DNA of 63,954 bases, counting the filler, from Trypethelium eluteriae (taxonomy: Eukaryota): the NCBI GenBank assembly GCA_051942245.1. It is 3 parts of 3 records of this genome, joined end to end, with 100 filler letters (N's around TTAATTAATTAA, not from the genome) between each part and the next. Parts side by side here need not be neighbours in the genome. Positions count along the whole stretch, not along the records: positions 42,843 to 63,954 come from JAVECL010000478.1; 2 more parts are not named here. One strand, 5' to 3'. Shown piece by piece: positions 49,761-61,434 of the stretch. Positions within the stretch are counted from its first letter, which is position 1. Each line of letters opens with the position of its first letter. A program made the translations under genes and the position numbers. The notes below the pieces were generated by a model. That model had not been told where the DNA came from, did no database searches, and saw nothing but the letters and a program-made list of their open reading frames with translations.

Positions 49761-50736
49761 CCAAAAATGGTATTCCAGACATCTTGGGTATCGCATTGTA
49801 TATACGCATCGAGTTGGCGTTTGAATGCCAAAGCTATTGCTGCTGCTAGCCAGATGCCCAAACCATAGTCCATCGCTTGCTTCAACCTTTTGTCTGGTAA
49901 TGAGAATCCGCCAAACCCGTTCCGATGCTTCGCCCGAACGCCTTGACATGCTAGCTCGCCTCTTTTCCGAATTTTATAACTCTCCATTGCCGGACGCTTG
50001 TCTATCCGGGCTCTGGACTCAACCAAAGAATATCCGCAGCAGCTCAATGATAACCCCACCGCCAACAAGGAAAGCAAGAACCACTAGCATAGGCCCCATT
50101 ATCAGCGTCCATGAACCCTATTGTGACGTGAAGGTCGCATGGGGACTGAGCACTCACCTATCCATGTCATAGAGATTGGTGACTTTTGCTTTTCTTGCTT
50201 CTTCACGGCTGACTGGGGCTTACCACGCTTCGAAGCTTCAGACTTTGCGTAGGCGGCATTGGCACGCCGCTGTTGGGGTGTTTGTGCCTGAGTGGAAGCA
50301 TCAGCTAGTCTTGAAATCGAGAATGTGATTCAAGAATTTCGAAAAGGCGTCTGAATATGTTCCAGGTTTATGACCGTAGATCGGAGCTCGACTTACCATG
50401 TTGGAAGAGAGGAACGATGGTCTAGGAGTAAATATCTACTCTGAGGTTTGCCAATGCACAGATGATATAGTTGCGTTCGATGTTTGGAAGCCTGTGAAGG
50501 ATTGCCAGGCTGCAGTGACTCGTAATGCGTTGCGCAAGTGGGTCTGTGACTCTGTTCGCAAAGGACAAATGTTCAAATGCGGAGAGGCACAAAGTTGCAC
50601 TGCGGCAGAGCTCCTCTCACCGCCTTCACCTTAGTGTGTAGCTCCGAAGCTTGATGAGACGACAGCAACCATTTCCGCCCCAGTAGCCGCATTCTGGAAA
50701 AGTACTTAGGGACGTGTTTTAAATCGCTGACTTGTC

Positions 50737-51181
50737 ATGGCTCCAAGAGTACCTGCAAGTCTGATCCTTCAGGCATCCAAACGTCTGCGGATACGAGGCA
50801 CGCAACAAGGCGCCAGGCTGGAATCATCGTCTGCGCAAAGCAATCCGCATGTACGGCAAAGCCACTGGCCTTCAATCTGTTACCTATCCTTGCATCTAAC
50901 ATGTGTGCAACCATAGCGACAGTTCTATCGGTCCTGGGGATTCCCCGTCATGAAAGTGTTCTTGGGCGCCTTGTTTACCTATCAATTAACATACTTCGCA
51001 TGGCTTAAGCTCAAGACGATGGAGGAAAAGCAACAGAAGGATAGTAGGTGAAATTGCCTGAAACCTTTGCCTTAACCATTTGCTGACCTCAGAAAAAACA
51101 GCAGAACTCCAGGGTCTTCAGGCCCATTTGAGGGATCTAAGGGACCATGGGGCCAAAAGGACAGATCGATCCAACGCTTGA
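50737..51181 (+). CDS. Small mitochondrial inner-membrane protein, Ina17-like (absent from the ORF track)
   Basis: Exons 50737-50850, 50917-51043, ~51102-51181. Arg-rich presequence-like N-terminus, HRQFYRSWGFPVMKVFLGALFTYQLTYFAWLKL transmembrane segment, then a short coiled coil. Confidence 0.72.
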
Positions 51182-51647
51182 TCCTTGCATTCGGCCGGTA
51201 CGACCAAATTACTTCAGTGGAACTGGGAAAGTGAAAGATGAGAAAGAAAGTGAATTTTCTGTCTGTCCCTTCCGTTCTAGTTCCCGAAAACATTCACTCC
51301 AAGTCACCGCCAAACCAGTTCGACAAGGAGCAAACTTCACCTTTCCTACTTTTCTGTTTTCCTTATTTGCGTTCGGAAATTGACTCGTAAATTGCTTGTG
51401 TGAAGCAAATCTGGCCGAGTTTTTCTAGAGATCATGTTCCCAAGAATACTTTCCGGCGATTACGATCAATTTTGGGGGTAGGCCGAGGTCATCAGCGACT
51501 TCCATTCGTAGACGCAAGAAGGTGGGATTTAAAAGGACTGAGAGCGATGGCATATCAGCCTTGAACGATTCCTGAAGCTGCCGGCTACATCACTTGACCT
51601 AGGACTTTCATAAAATCTCAACACACGTTGTGTGTGTAAAATCCAAA

Positions 51648-53521
51648 ATGACGGGTAATTCGTCCTCTGAATTCAACGGCAGTCGTGCATACTCTGGCCG
51701 ACTAGAATCACGTCAACCGCTCCGTAATCTACCAACGAATTTTCAAGTTCACACGACCTTTAATTTCAAGGCTAGGAAACTTTCGTCAATGATCTTGCGA
51801 GACATTGCAGTCTTAGCTGAGGACGACCCAATCAAGATATTGTTTCGAGTTCTTCAACCATGGCCTACAACGTTCGCGAATGTCACGCAAGTCCATCTTG
51901 AAGCCATCGCTGCTCGTCGACTACAACGCAATAACCCGACGGCAAATAAACTCACACAATCCGCACGAAACGCGCTCTTTGATCCCGGTTATGGAATGAC
52001 TGCAAGAGACAGATTTTTTCAAGATCTAGCATTGATCAGTCTAGAGTGCCCTTTCCCACCGTCGGCAGCGGATTTGACTGCGATGACGATTTGGGATCTT
52101 GGTCGCATTGCAAAAGGAACAAGTGACTCAAAATACGATATAGGAATGCAGAGACAGTATGCGCAGATTGAGGAGCTTCCTTCTCTCCAGAAACCGCCCA
52201 GGCGACTTCCGGATGAAACGCCAAACAACCGGGGCCGTGCAAAGGAACGCATGATTGACAATGGAGACCTTGGGGTCGCGAAGGGTTTCAACATGGCTCC
52301 AGGTGTACTTCATAGTCAGCAGCTTACTATGCCTCGCAACCAACTTGGCCCGCTTCTTCCATGGAGATCAGAAACTACGATCCATGGGCACATTGCAGAA
52401 CGAATAATGATAGACCGTGCGGCGTGTTTGATAATGGACTTATTTTACGTATACCGCAAGAGATGCTATCACGATATTTTCTCGCACATCGAATACAGGC
52501 ACGGTCTTTTATATTTATACAGTCTCGAGCGAAGGACATCCGCCAAGAACAGAGATTTTCCTCTTCGACGTTTTCCAATCGACAAAGTTCCAAACGGCAA
52601 CGATCTCAATGCATGCCTGGTATCACAGGAATGCATCAATTTCTGCGTTCAGATGTACGACCTTGTATTGATATTTCTCCGAGGTATCTACATACTTCAT
52701 TCCTTTTATGCCCCCTCTGCAAAAGAAAGGATTGTTTCCAATAGTGACACCATTACGTTTTCTCATCAAGGCTTGGCTTCTGCAACGGCACCATAACTTA
52801 AGCTTGCAGAATCAAGCAAACACAACTCTCTAGGGCTTCCTCACAAACTCCACAAAACCGTACCATGTCTCATTCAGCTATCTTCACAACCGCCGTGACT
52901 AACTTACCCTCTCTACTTACAGATCTCTGCCCCATCATGCATGAATACCACCTCTACGTCCGTAACGCTGTCCGCCCGACCCTCTACTTCGACCCCGCCA
53001 GCCGCCCCCACAACAACGTCCTCGCCTTGCACACCGTCCTACGCGCCAATTCGCGTTCGGGCCGTTCCTACTGCCTCGACTTCACGGCCGCCCAATTCGG
53101 CTGGGACGATCCATGCAGCGATTGGACTGCCTTCGCTACCACGCGGTTGCGTTCTGTGAGCCGTGTCGCGCCATTCGGGACCGAGTGTGCGGCAGCGAGA
53201 AGGCAGGCGAGAGAGGCGGGACCGGCAAGGGTGACGATGGAGTTCTTTTGTGAGGTTGCTGGGAGGTTCACGGATGTGGTGAGGGGGTGGTTTCAGAAGG
53301 AAGGGTGGGCAGTGGAAGAGTTGTTAGCGTTAGGGGAGAGGGATTTTGAGACGGTGGCAGGTGGGCTGTTGAAGAATGTGGAGGGTGAGTTTGGGAGGGT
53401 GATGGAGGAGATGGAGAGGCGGAGGGAGTACTGCCTTGTGCTCCGGGATGGGGCTGTACATATCGAGCAGAAGTCTCTGGGACGGCGACCGACGGCAAAA
53501 GGGGTGGGGCTCTACGACTGA
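51648..53521 (+). CDS. Uncharacterised protein with a possible transglutaminase-like C-terminal domain
   Basis: Two ORFs joined in phase by intron 52684-52922 (G|GTATCT...ACTAAC...CAG); contains ECINFC, LHTV and YCLDFTAAQFGW. Confidence 0.7.
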
Positions 53522-54191
53522 TTCTATCTTGGTGCGACGAGGATGATGCGGGCACGGCACAGAGGCGGATAATCCTAGGTCACTGGCCTAAGTTCACAGA
53601 CGAGAGAGAGATAAGTTTCGCTACGGAGTTGATCAAGGAGGACTCTCTCCACGGTTGCATGGCGGAACGCACTATCATCAACTAAGGGACCTGGGAAAAA
53701 TGATCGTGTATATATTTGAAGCCTGCTCGATAGTCCTATACGTGGTCCCTAGAACCTGAACTTTCGGATGACGGAGGCTGATGAGTAATCGAAATCTCGG
53801 CAAGAGTGACTTTGCTTCTTGGACATAACTAAATGGCCATCATAATGGGTCTTGCAATTCCGAGCACGTTATCTTCTCTAGACTTTATTTGCTCCTAGGC
53901 CATGAATTGACTGTCGGCTTTCATCAAGTATTCGCCATCTGCTCCCTCAGTCGAAACCGTGTTTGTTTCGACCCCCAAACAAAGCCTTGCACATACAGTT
54001 GCGTAGTGTGCAGGCACGAGTTGGTGATACTTTTATACACTCCCGTGAGAAAGTTCAGCTCAGCTTGCTGTGGTGAGTGTCCAATGCAAGGACTGTCCTG
54101 AGAGACGACTAATTTCTGGTCGGTATTCCGAAAGGGTAGATATCGTAGGAGGCAGAGCTTCAGACCATGAACCACACGTGGACATCCGCCC

Positions 54192-55144
54192 TTAGTCTTT
54201 TATAACTTCTTGATTTTCCTCTGACTCCTCCGTCCTCGCCCTCTTTCTCTGGTTCTCGCCGTTCACCGCGCGGTTTCGCTGTCCCCGGGCTCGCCTCCTA
54301 CTCAGATCCTTCTTCTCAATCGCGCTTTTCACCCACTCCTTTCCGTTCCACGCCATCGGCCACTCCCTCTCATCTTCATCATCCGCCTCCACCAAGGCCA
54401 GGTCTCCGGTCTTGCCTAGCCGCTCCCGCGCCGCCTCCTCCATCAAGATGCCCATCGTCAGCAACGCCGTCTCGTCCATGCTGACGAAGTCTACGCCACG
54501 ACCCTTGATTTTCTCCTTGCGGCCCCCATATATTTTAATTACCTCATCTACGGTATTGCAAAAGTAGTAATCAGAGGCGTACGCGTGTATCGCCTTGAGG
54601 AGATCCGAATCTGGGAGGCGCTGGGCAGGGCCAAGTTTCTCGTTCTGGAAGTAGAGGTCGTCTTCTTCGTAGCGGATGGGTGCATCGTTTGCGCGGAAGA
54701 GTATGTCTTCGGGAGCAAGTGGCCAATTGACAAAGTTGTTGGAAGGTGGCCGGTTGATCCGGCCACTGGGGTCGACGCGGCCTAGCGAAGAGTCAGTTAG
54801 AAGGACGGCAGGGAGTCAAGGCAGGTATGCTAGCCTGCGACTGCATCATAAACTGTCGGCCGATTACTTCCAATGCCGTAAGGCTGCTGCTGAGAATGGA
54901 CCCTGTCTTCGGGAGCGGTTTTCCTCTTTCCTTTTGACTTCCTTTCGATGTAATCTTGTATTATAACGGCTTCTTTTCTCCTCTGCGCGCTTTCCCCGCT
55001 GCGCCATAATTCCCCAGGTGGCCTCCTGAAATTAAAAGAAAGCGTATTATCCTTCGTTGTCTTTGCCTGTGGCTTTGATGTTCGTTGCCCCTGCTCTGTC
55101 GTTGTGTGATCTCTTAGTTGCGCTTCGGACATGCTCGAGGCCAT
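54192..55144 (-). CDS. RRN10: RNA polymerase I upstream activation factor subunit Rrn10-like
   Basis: Exons 55144-54835 and 54781-54192. TVYDAVAG, LAPEDIL, LPDSDLLKAIHAYASDY and SMDETALLTMGILMEE parallel the Rrn10 motifs as I recall them (VYEA, ADEVL, IPDIDLRVVHYYA, FDETSLITLGLLIE). Confidence 0.82.
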
Positions 55145-55852
55145 ATCCTCAACTACGGGGGAGGGGACTTCCTAGAATTTGCTCAGACAGATTGGGTTGA
55201 AGTCATATAAGAAAGTTCCCGTTTTGTAGGCCTCTTAGAACAGTAACGGAAGGACCGTTCGGGGCCAACGCGGAGAGGAGATCATAGAGTTCAAACTGGA
55301 GTCCTGGCCCGATGCGGCAGTCATTCTATCACACGAGCAGAAATGATTGGAGGGACTGTTCTCGATATTCTCTAATAGTCCAATATATGTGGCTTTTAAG
55401 CGGTGTCCATTATGAGGAGTGCTGATTCGTTCACGTCCGAGGAAGAAAACTTGGGGGAGCTTTATTTCAATATAACTACTCCGTACCTCACGTCACTGTT
55501 TACTTATTACGGCAGTCCAAGAAGGCCAACTGTTTTGTCATCTATTGCTACATTCATACAAATTGGCGATCAATATACGCACCCCGAAAAGGCAAGTCAA
55601 ACATCCATTATTAGCCCAATATTGTAGGGCTTGGCTCGAAGAGAAAGTCTCTTAGTATGGTCCCAAAACTTCTTTGTGGATGCGTTTTTACAACCATTTG
55701 AAACATCAGTCGTCCCTCCCAAAACAAGCGAGACTTAAGGGCGCGCCAGCACGATTTTGCCAACGCCTTCAAGTTTCGAGGATGACCACCCAGACACCAT
55801 TATCAACCATGGACGTTCCATTGACGAATGACGATGATGTTCAGGGCGTGGG

Positions 55853-57386
55853 ATGAATTCCTTCCTTCTCAATCGGGCTACTGGCTCCATCTCTCCACAG
55901 AGCCTCGAACGCGCCTACGCGACTCGACTTCTCCATGCCCTCCAACCTGCACCAACCGTGACATTTAGCTCAGAGCCAGGACCTAGAGAAGAGGCGTCCA
56001 ACAGTCGCAGTCATGAGGCGCAAAAACATGCAAGAGTCGCCCACAAGGCCGGCGTGAACGCCATCGCAATCGACCGATTCGAAGGACGCTGGTTCGCCCT
56101 TCCCATCCCTCCCCTCCAATTTTCGCATCTAATAAATCATCTGCAGGCTCCTCTCCGGCGGCGCCGACTCCTCCCTCGCCATCTACGACCTCGAGTCTTC
56201 CAGCGAAATCACAGCATCTTCCGCGTCCTCGTCCTCTTCCCCAGAACCCCTCTACCCCACCGCCAGCCTTCCCCGCATCGACCCGTCCTCCAGCTTCGGC
56301 CTCACCCACCTATCCTACTACCCCTTCGACTCGCTCGCCTTCCTCAGCACCTCGTACTCGCACCATCTCCGCCTGCACTCCTCTCTCACCCTCCAGCCCA
56401 GCTTCTCCATCTCCCTCGACTCAGTTCCCTACACCCACGCCGTCAGCCCGATCGCATCCCATCTGCTCGTTGCGGTCGGAACACAGCATCCCGCCGTACG
56501 ACTCGTGGACCTGCGCTCTGGCGCTGCAAGTCATAGTTTGCCCGGGCACACTGGAGCAGTATTGAGTGTGGGATGGTGTCCGAATGGGAACTTGGGCGGG
56601 AAGGTCGGAAGTGGGGCAGGAGAGTGGGTGTTGGCGAGTGGGAGTGCGGACGGAACGGTGAGGATGTGGGATGTGCGGCGATCATCGGCGGCACTGGGGA
56701 CACTGGACATGGAGGACAGTGTTGGATTTGGGTTAAGGCATGGAGGTGGGACTGGGGGATCGGGGGCTAACAATGCAAGAGGATATAAGAGGAATCCAGA
56801 TGCAAAGGCGCATGTTGGACCTGTAAATGGGTTGGTATGGACAGAGGATGGACAGTACCTTATTACTGCGGGCCACGACGAGCGTATTCGTATATGGGAT
56901 ACCAGCACGGGTGCGAATAACCTAGTCAATTTTGGCCCAGTAGTGCGAAATCGCGCGCTCTCAACGGTCACGCCTACCTTCAGCCCTGAAGGATGGAGTG
57001 GAAAAGGTAAAGACCTACTTTTTTGGCCGAATGAACGTGAAATCCTAGGCTTTGAATGGAAAGAAGGACGGCTGGTGAAGAGGCTTAAAGTATCAAGGAG
57101 TCTAGATGTCGACGGTAGAGGACCTGGGGGAGTACCGGTTGGTCGGAACGTAAAGGATCGGGTCATGGGTCTAGCTTGGAGAGCTCATGAGGTAGAAATA
57201 TATTCCGCACACGCGGATGGACAGATCAGAGCGTGGAGACCGTGGGTCAAACAAATGGAAGAGGACGAAGAGGAGAGCGATGATTATGTAGGGAAGGAAA
57301 GGGAGGATGAAGAAAGAAAGAGAAAAAGGGCAGAATTGGATGAGCTTTATGAGAGTATTACGAAGAGGTCGTTCATCCAAAGTTAA
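55853..57386 (+). CDS. WD40 protein of the CSA/ERCC8/Rad28/Ckn1 family (transcription-coupled repair)
   Basis: Intron 56092-56146; AHKAGVNAIAIDRFEGRWLLSGGAD, YPFDSLAFLS, VRLVDLRSGAASHSLPGH, LASGSADGTVRMWDVRRS, AHVGPVNGL and NNLVNFG. Confidence 0.88.
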
Positions 57387-58605
57387 GCCGTGTAGTATTA
57401 TGTCGACCTTCTTTGGGTAGTAGATCTTGCGGTTGAGGGAGGCATACGAAGGCCGAAGAGCAGATAAAGTAATTGCAGACTGTTTATCAGCGAAGGCGCG
57501 CGAGTCTACTCAGGAACTCACGATGAAAGATTGTTTTCTACGTCCTTCTTGAGCAGGTTGAGAGGCAGAATTTTCATATTGGTAGACAAACATAAGAGAC
57601 TCAAGTTATTTGACGGTGAGAGAAGGGGCTAAACTTCATAAGGAAAGGGGACAGGGTATTAGCAAACCGAATTCAACTTCACTCGCTGAAAACAAAATCT
57701 CTGACACAGTAAAGAAACCACTATCAACCCAGTTCGATATGTCCCAACAGGATTTTCTCCATGACCTTAGATCAGACCCAATAGTCTTGATGTGTCGTAA
57801 CCGCATCAACTGAACGTCTCTCAGTGGAAGAGTTTCGTTCCACGATTCTCATCAATACAATCCTGCAGACCACAAGATGAAATAGAGATACTTGCTTTCA
57901 AAACCCTTGCCCCTCGCGATGCTGTCTCTCGACTTGAATGACTGACTGACCATTCCGAAAGATGGTGCTTTTTGGGAGTTTTCCACAGGCCCACCGTCTG
58001 TTTGCCGACTATTCTAACGACCTCCAAACGAAACGCTTACATAGTTACTGCCAACAAGATACGCGGTATTCAGGTAGGTCATATCAAAGCATGGAATATG
58101 ATACAGTCGCTGCAGGTGACATTTTCCAGATCGGTCCATCCGAGCAATGAGTTTGGCCTAGTCTTTTTTGTCGAGCTTTGACTTGAGAAGTCTGTTCTGG
58201 AGGTCTCTCGTACTGGGGTAATGATATTTGAAATTAGGGTTTTATCTTGTTCTGGGTGAGAGGGGCTTTTCCGAATGCTCTCGAATCTTGAAAGAGGGTT
58301 ACCAAGGATGAAGGACGGGTCATAACCGAGTCGTTGTTACCTAAAATGCCCATTGCAAGGCAAATGTCGCAAGCATCTCAAGAGAAACTTTAGCACTGCC
58401 TTGATTCACCCTGCGGCCGAAGCTATGGAGTCCCTCCCCAGACGATATTACTCACTTTATCATCACCGCATATCACATCATTACATCAATAATACAAACG
58501 CCTTCAGCCGACACGTTACTTGCGGTTGTCCACGCTACCTCTTGATACCATACTCACACTATAGTATTTACTTCTCGATCAAGCCTCGAACTCACTCCTC
58601 CTACG

Positions 58606-61434
58606 ATGGAGCATGAATTTTCTTCTATAGAAGCTGAGGAAAGACCTCGAGGCCCAAGACCACAGCTACCTACTCAACCATCACGTCGACCTTCACGCAC
58701 GAATAAGCCGAAGCTCCCTTCGCAAGAGCAACTGATGTCCGAACCTTCCAATCCTCCGCGTCTTGATCTCTTGTGCCAAGGCCTGCCAACATCCGCTCCT
58801 AATCCCAATCCTACCGCTCGAATACGCATCGGCAGCATGAATAGCATACGAGAAATCGCCGATGGAAATACGTGCCTATTTAGAAACGAGCCAGTGGCCG
58901 CTTTGAAGCTATACACTGCGAATCTCACTCAGCAACCACCAGGCAACCCATGTGCCTTTCTCAACCGCTGCCTCTGCTATTTGGCACTTGGCTTCCCCGA
59001 ACTGGCCGTCGTTGATGCACAGCGCGCACTGCTTGCTTTCATAACGGCTTTCGGAAAGGATAAAGCAAGCGAAATGGCCTTCAGCAAACTTGAACGTTTC
59101 GTAACATGGACAGCGCAGGCGGACAGCAACCAATATCCATGGGTACGAGCTCCAACCAGCAATTACAAGATGAGACGTCATATGGATGACCTTTTGGTGG
59201 TACCACTTGCGGCGCTAACCGTAAGGTCTCGCATCAATCCTGGAGAGAATACCAGCGTGTCCAGGATACGAGCGAGTGTCCTGCTCGATGGCAAGTCGAA
59301 GGCTATGTACCGCATCGCATATTCTTTGTGGAAGTGTGGTGGCGGAGCCTTGATGGATGGTCTTGATGTTACTCAACAAGGCACGGAGGTTTGCCCTCCA
59401 GCGGACAAAAAATATTTTACGACACTAGCAAATCGAATCCTACTGGACCTTGAGAAACTATTGAAGAAGGAGGCTTTATATACACGCTTGCAAGCTCTCG
59501 ATCAGTACAAGTTCGAAGCTTCAGATAGTCAAAAGCAGCACGGCGTGCGCGACCTACAGGAAACGAGATTTACCACGATTCGACGCCAAGCCTACCCATG
59601 GGACGAGATCGGCAACTCCGTGGATAAGCCCCTTTTAGTTGAAACTCGAGAATATGTTGAGGATAAGGTCTCAGGATGTGCCGTCGACATAATTGTTGAC
59701 GAGAATGGGAATCGAAAACCAGCACTGTTCGCATGTAAGGACTTCACAGCCGAAGAGACCTTGTTTTCTGAATGCAACCCCTTCCACGTGGTTTCTGTAG
59801 AAAGTGAAGCGTACAGCTACTGTGAAGCTTGTGCAACGAGGCTGGCTATTCCTCTGGCGCTTGCGTATCGCTTGCAAAATTTCAAACCCAGTACATCTCG
59901 CTCTTCTTCGCAAATGATGGACGGGTCTAATTTGCAAACGGAGCACGACCGAGTCAAACATACTGGTGCATCTCCTCCGTCTCCAGTTTCAAAACCAGCC
60001 TTGGACAATCTGCAAGGCCCGGTTGGAGAGATACCATCTAGCCCACGTCCAAGCCCGGCCAGCTTTCGACCCTGCCCTTCCGGGGTCTCTCCAAGGAGCC
60101 CGGTATCTAGCGAGAGCTTGTCACCAAACCCATCCTCTCATAAATCAAACATCTCTGTACATTCCGTGATGTCCCCCATCTCCGACTCGGCAAAGGATCT
60201 CCAGCTCTGCCAGAGCTGTCACTTATCCACATTCTGCAGTCGCACCTGTCTCAAAGCCGCCAATGCCACATACCACAGCCGAACCTGCGAACTCGACCTC
60301 GAATTCTCGATCCGTACCCACATTCAGCAGTCGGCCAAACATCCTTCAGTCCCCAGCCCCCATCTGCAAGCCCTCCGGAACCTCATGCTCGTCAAGATTC
60401 TTGCCCACTCCCTCCAGTCCGGTACCCCACTCCTTGAGATCCCCGAGCTTCTGCTCGCCCCATCCAACCTCGCCCCCGCTGATCCAATCATATATCTCGA
60501 AGGCATGCACGATCGCAACGCTCTCGCCAATTTCGCCAACTTCCGCGCCCTCCAGCGCAAGGGTCAGGCTGACCTCATTGACCAGGAGGCGCTCCGCCAA
60601 TCGGTTATCGATGAGCTCGCTTCTGCATCTGCATCCTCTGGCTCCTCCTTATCCTCTTTTTCTGCCGCGCGACTTGATCCTGACGCGCTTCCCTGGTCGT
60701 ACGTCTCGAATGTGCTGCTACCACTGGGTACGCTCGCGAAGCTGGAGGGGATGAGTGCTGTGCTGGATGTTAGGCGATTCGAGGGGTGGGTCTTGAATAC
60801 GGTGATGACGAAGATTGCGGACGGGATGCGGGTCGTGAGGCCAATGTGGCATAAGGAGTTTGATGAGGAGGGGATGCTGGGTAAAATGTGGCGCATTTCC
60901 AGGGAAGAGAAAGAGCAAGGGAGGGGAATGGAAAGAGAGGGGAACGAGAAGCAGCAGCAATCTCAGGAGGAGGATGATGTTTGGGTTGGGAGTCTACAGC
61001 CTTTGTTGGAATTGATTGGGGTAGTAGGTGAGGGGGATGGAAAGGCGGCGAACGTAGAGATTGATGAAAAGTCTGGGAAGGTAGTTGTTGTAGGGAAGAG
61101 GGCGGAAGAGGAAGGTGGGGAGAAAAGAATGGATTCTGGAGTTGGGGGATCAGAAGAGTTTGGCGAGATAGAGGAGATGGCTGAGCGACTCGAGTTGGGG
61201 AAGCAAAGTCGAGAGGGGCTTGCTGTTGTCATTAGGAAGGGTGAGCGGATCCTGAGAGAGGACAAAGGGTCGGAGGGTGATCTTTTCGGGCCCGATGAAC
61301 GCAAATTTGAAGACGACGAAATTCTGGAGTCAGAGAATGCGATGGCAGAGACCAGCACTACAAGAGGAAGCGGTACAGTTATGGACTCGATCGAAACGTA
61401 CACTGATGATGACGTGGAAATGGTGATGGACTAG
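58606..61434 (+). CDS. TPR plus split SET/MYND (SMYD-like) protein with degenerate catalytic motifs
   Basis: TPR-like ALKLYT...AFLNRCLCYLALGFPELAVVDAQRAL; SET-N LFACKDFTAEETLFSE; MYND CEAC...CQSC...FCSRTC...YHSRTC; SET-C-like IRKGERI. Confidence 0.75.
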   Translation: MEHEFSSIEAEERPRGPRPQLPTQPSRRPSRTNKPKLPSQEQLMSEPSNPPRLDLLCQGLPTSAPNPNPTARIRIGSMNSIREIADGNTCLFRNEPVAALKLYTANLTQQPPGNPCAFLNRCLCYLALGFPELAVVDAQRALLAFITAFGKDKASEMAFSKLERFVTWTAQADSNQYPWVRAPTSNYKMRRHMDDLLVVPLAALTVRSRINPGENTSVSRIRASVLLDGKSKAMYRIAYSLWKCGGGALMDGLDVTQQGTEVCPPADKKYFTTLANRILLDLEKLLKKEALYTRLQALDQYKFEASDSQKQHGVRDLQETRFTTIRRQAYPWDEIGNSVDKPLLVETREYVEDKVSGCAVDIIVDENGNRKPALFACKDFTAEETLFSECNPFHVVSVESEAYSYCEACATRLAIPLALAYRLQNFKPSTSRSSSQMMDGSNLQTEHDRVKHTGASPPSPVSKPALDNLQGPVGEIPSSPRPSPASFRPCPSGVSPRSPVSSESLSPNPSSHKSNISVHSVMSPISDSAKDLQLCQSCHLSTFCSRTCLKAANATYHSRTCELDLEFSIRTHIQQSAKHPSVPSPHLQALRNLMLVKILAHSLQSGTPLLEIPELLLAPSNLAPADPIIYLEGMHDRNALANFANFRALQRKGQADLIDQEALRQSVIDELASASASSGSSLSSFSAARLDPDALPWSYVSNVLLPLGTLAKLEGMSAVLDVRRFEGWVLNTVMTKIADGMRVVRPMWHKEFDEEGMLGKMWRISREEKEQGRGMEREGNEKQQQSQEEDDVWVGSLQPLLELIGVVGEGDGKAANVEIDEKSGKVVVVGKRAEEEGGEKRMDSGVGGSEEFGEIEEMAERLELGKQSREGLAVVIRKGERILREDKGSEGDLFGPDERKFEDDEILESENAMAETSTTRGSGTVMDSIETYTDDDVEMVMD

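Noticed and set aside
49013..50077. 354-aa antisense ORF over AP-3 delta
   Set aside because: Shadow frame of a Lys/Glu-rich sense sequence (poly-Phe/Ser runs), non-ATG start, no domain features
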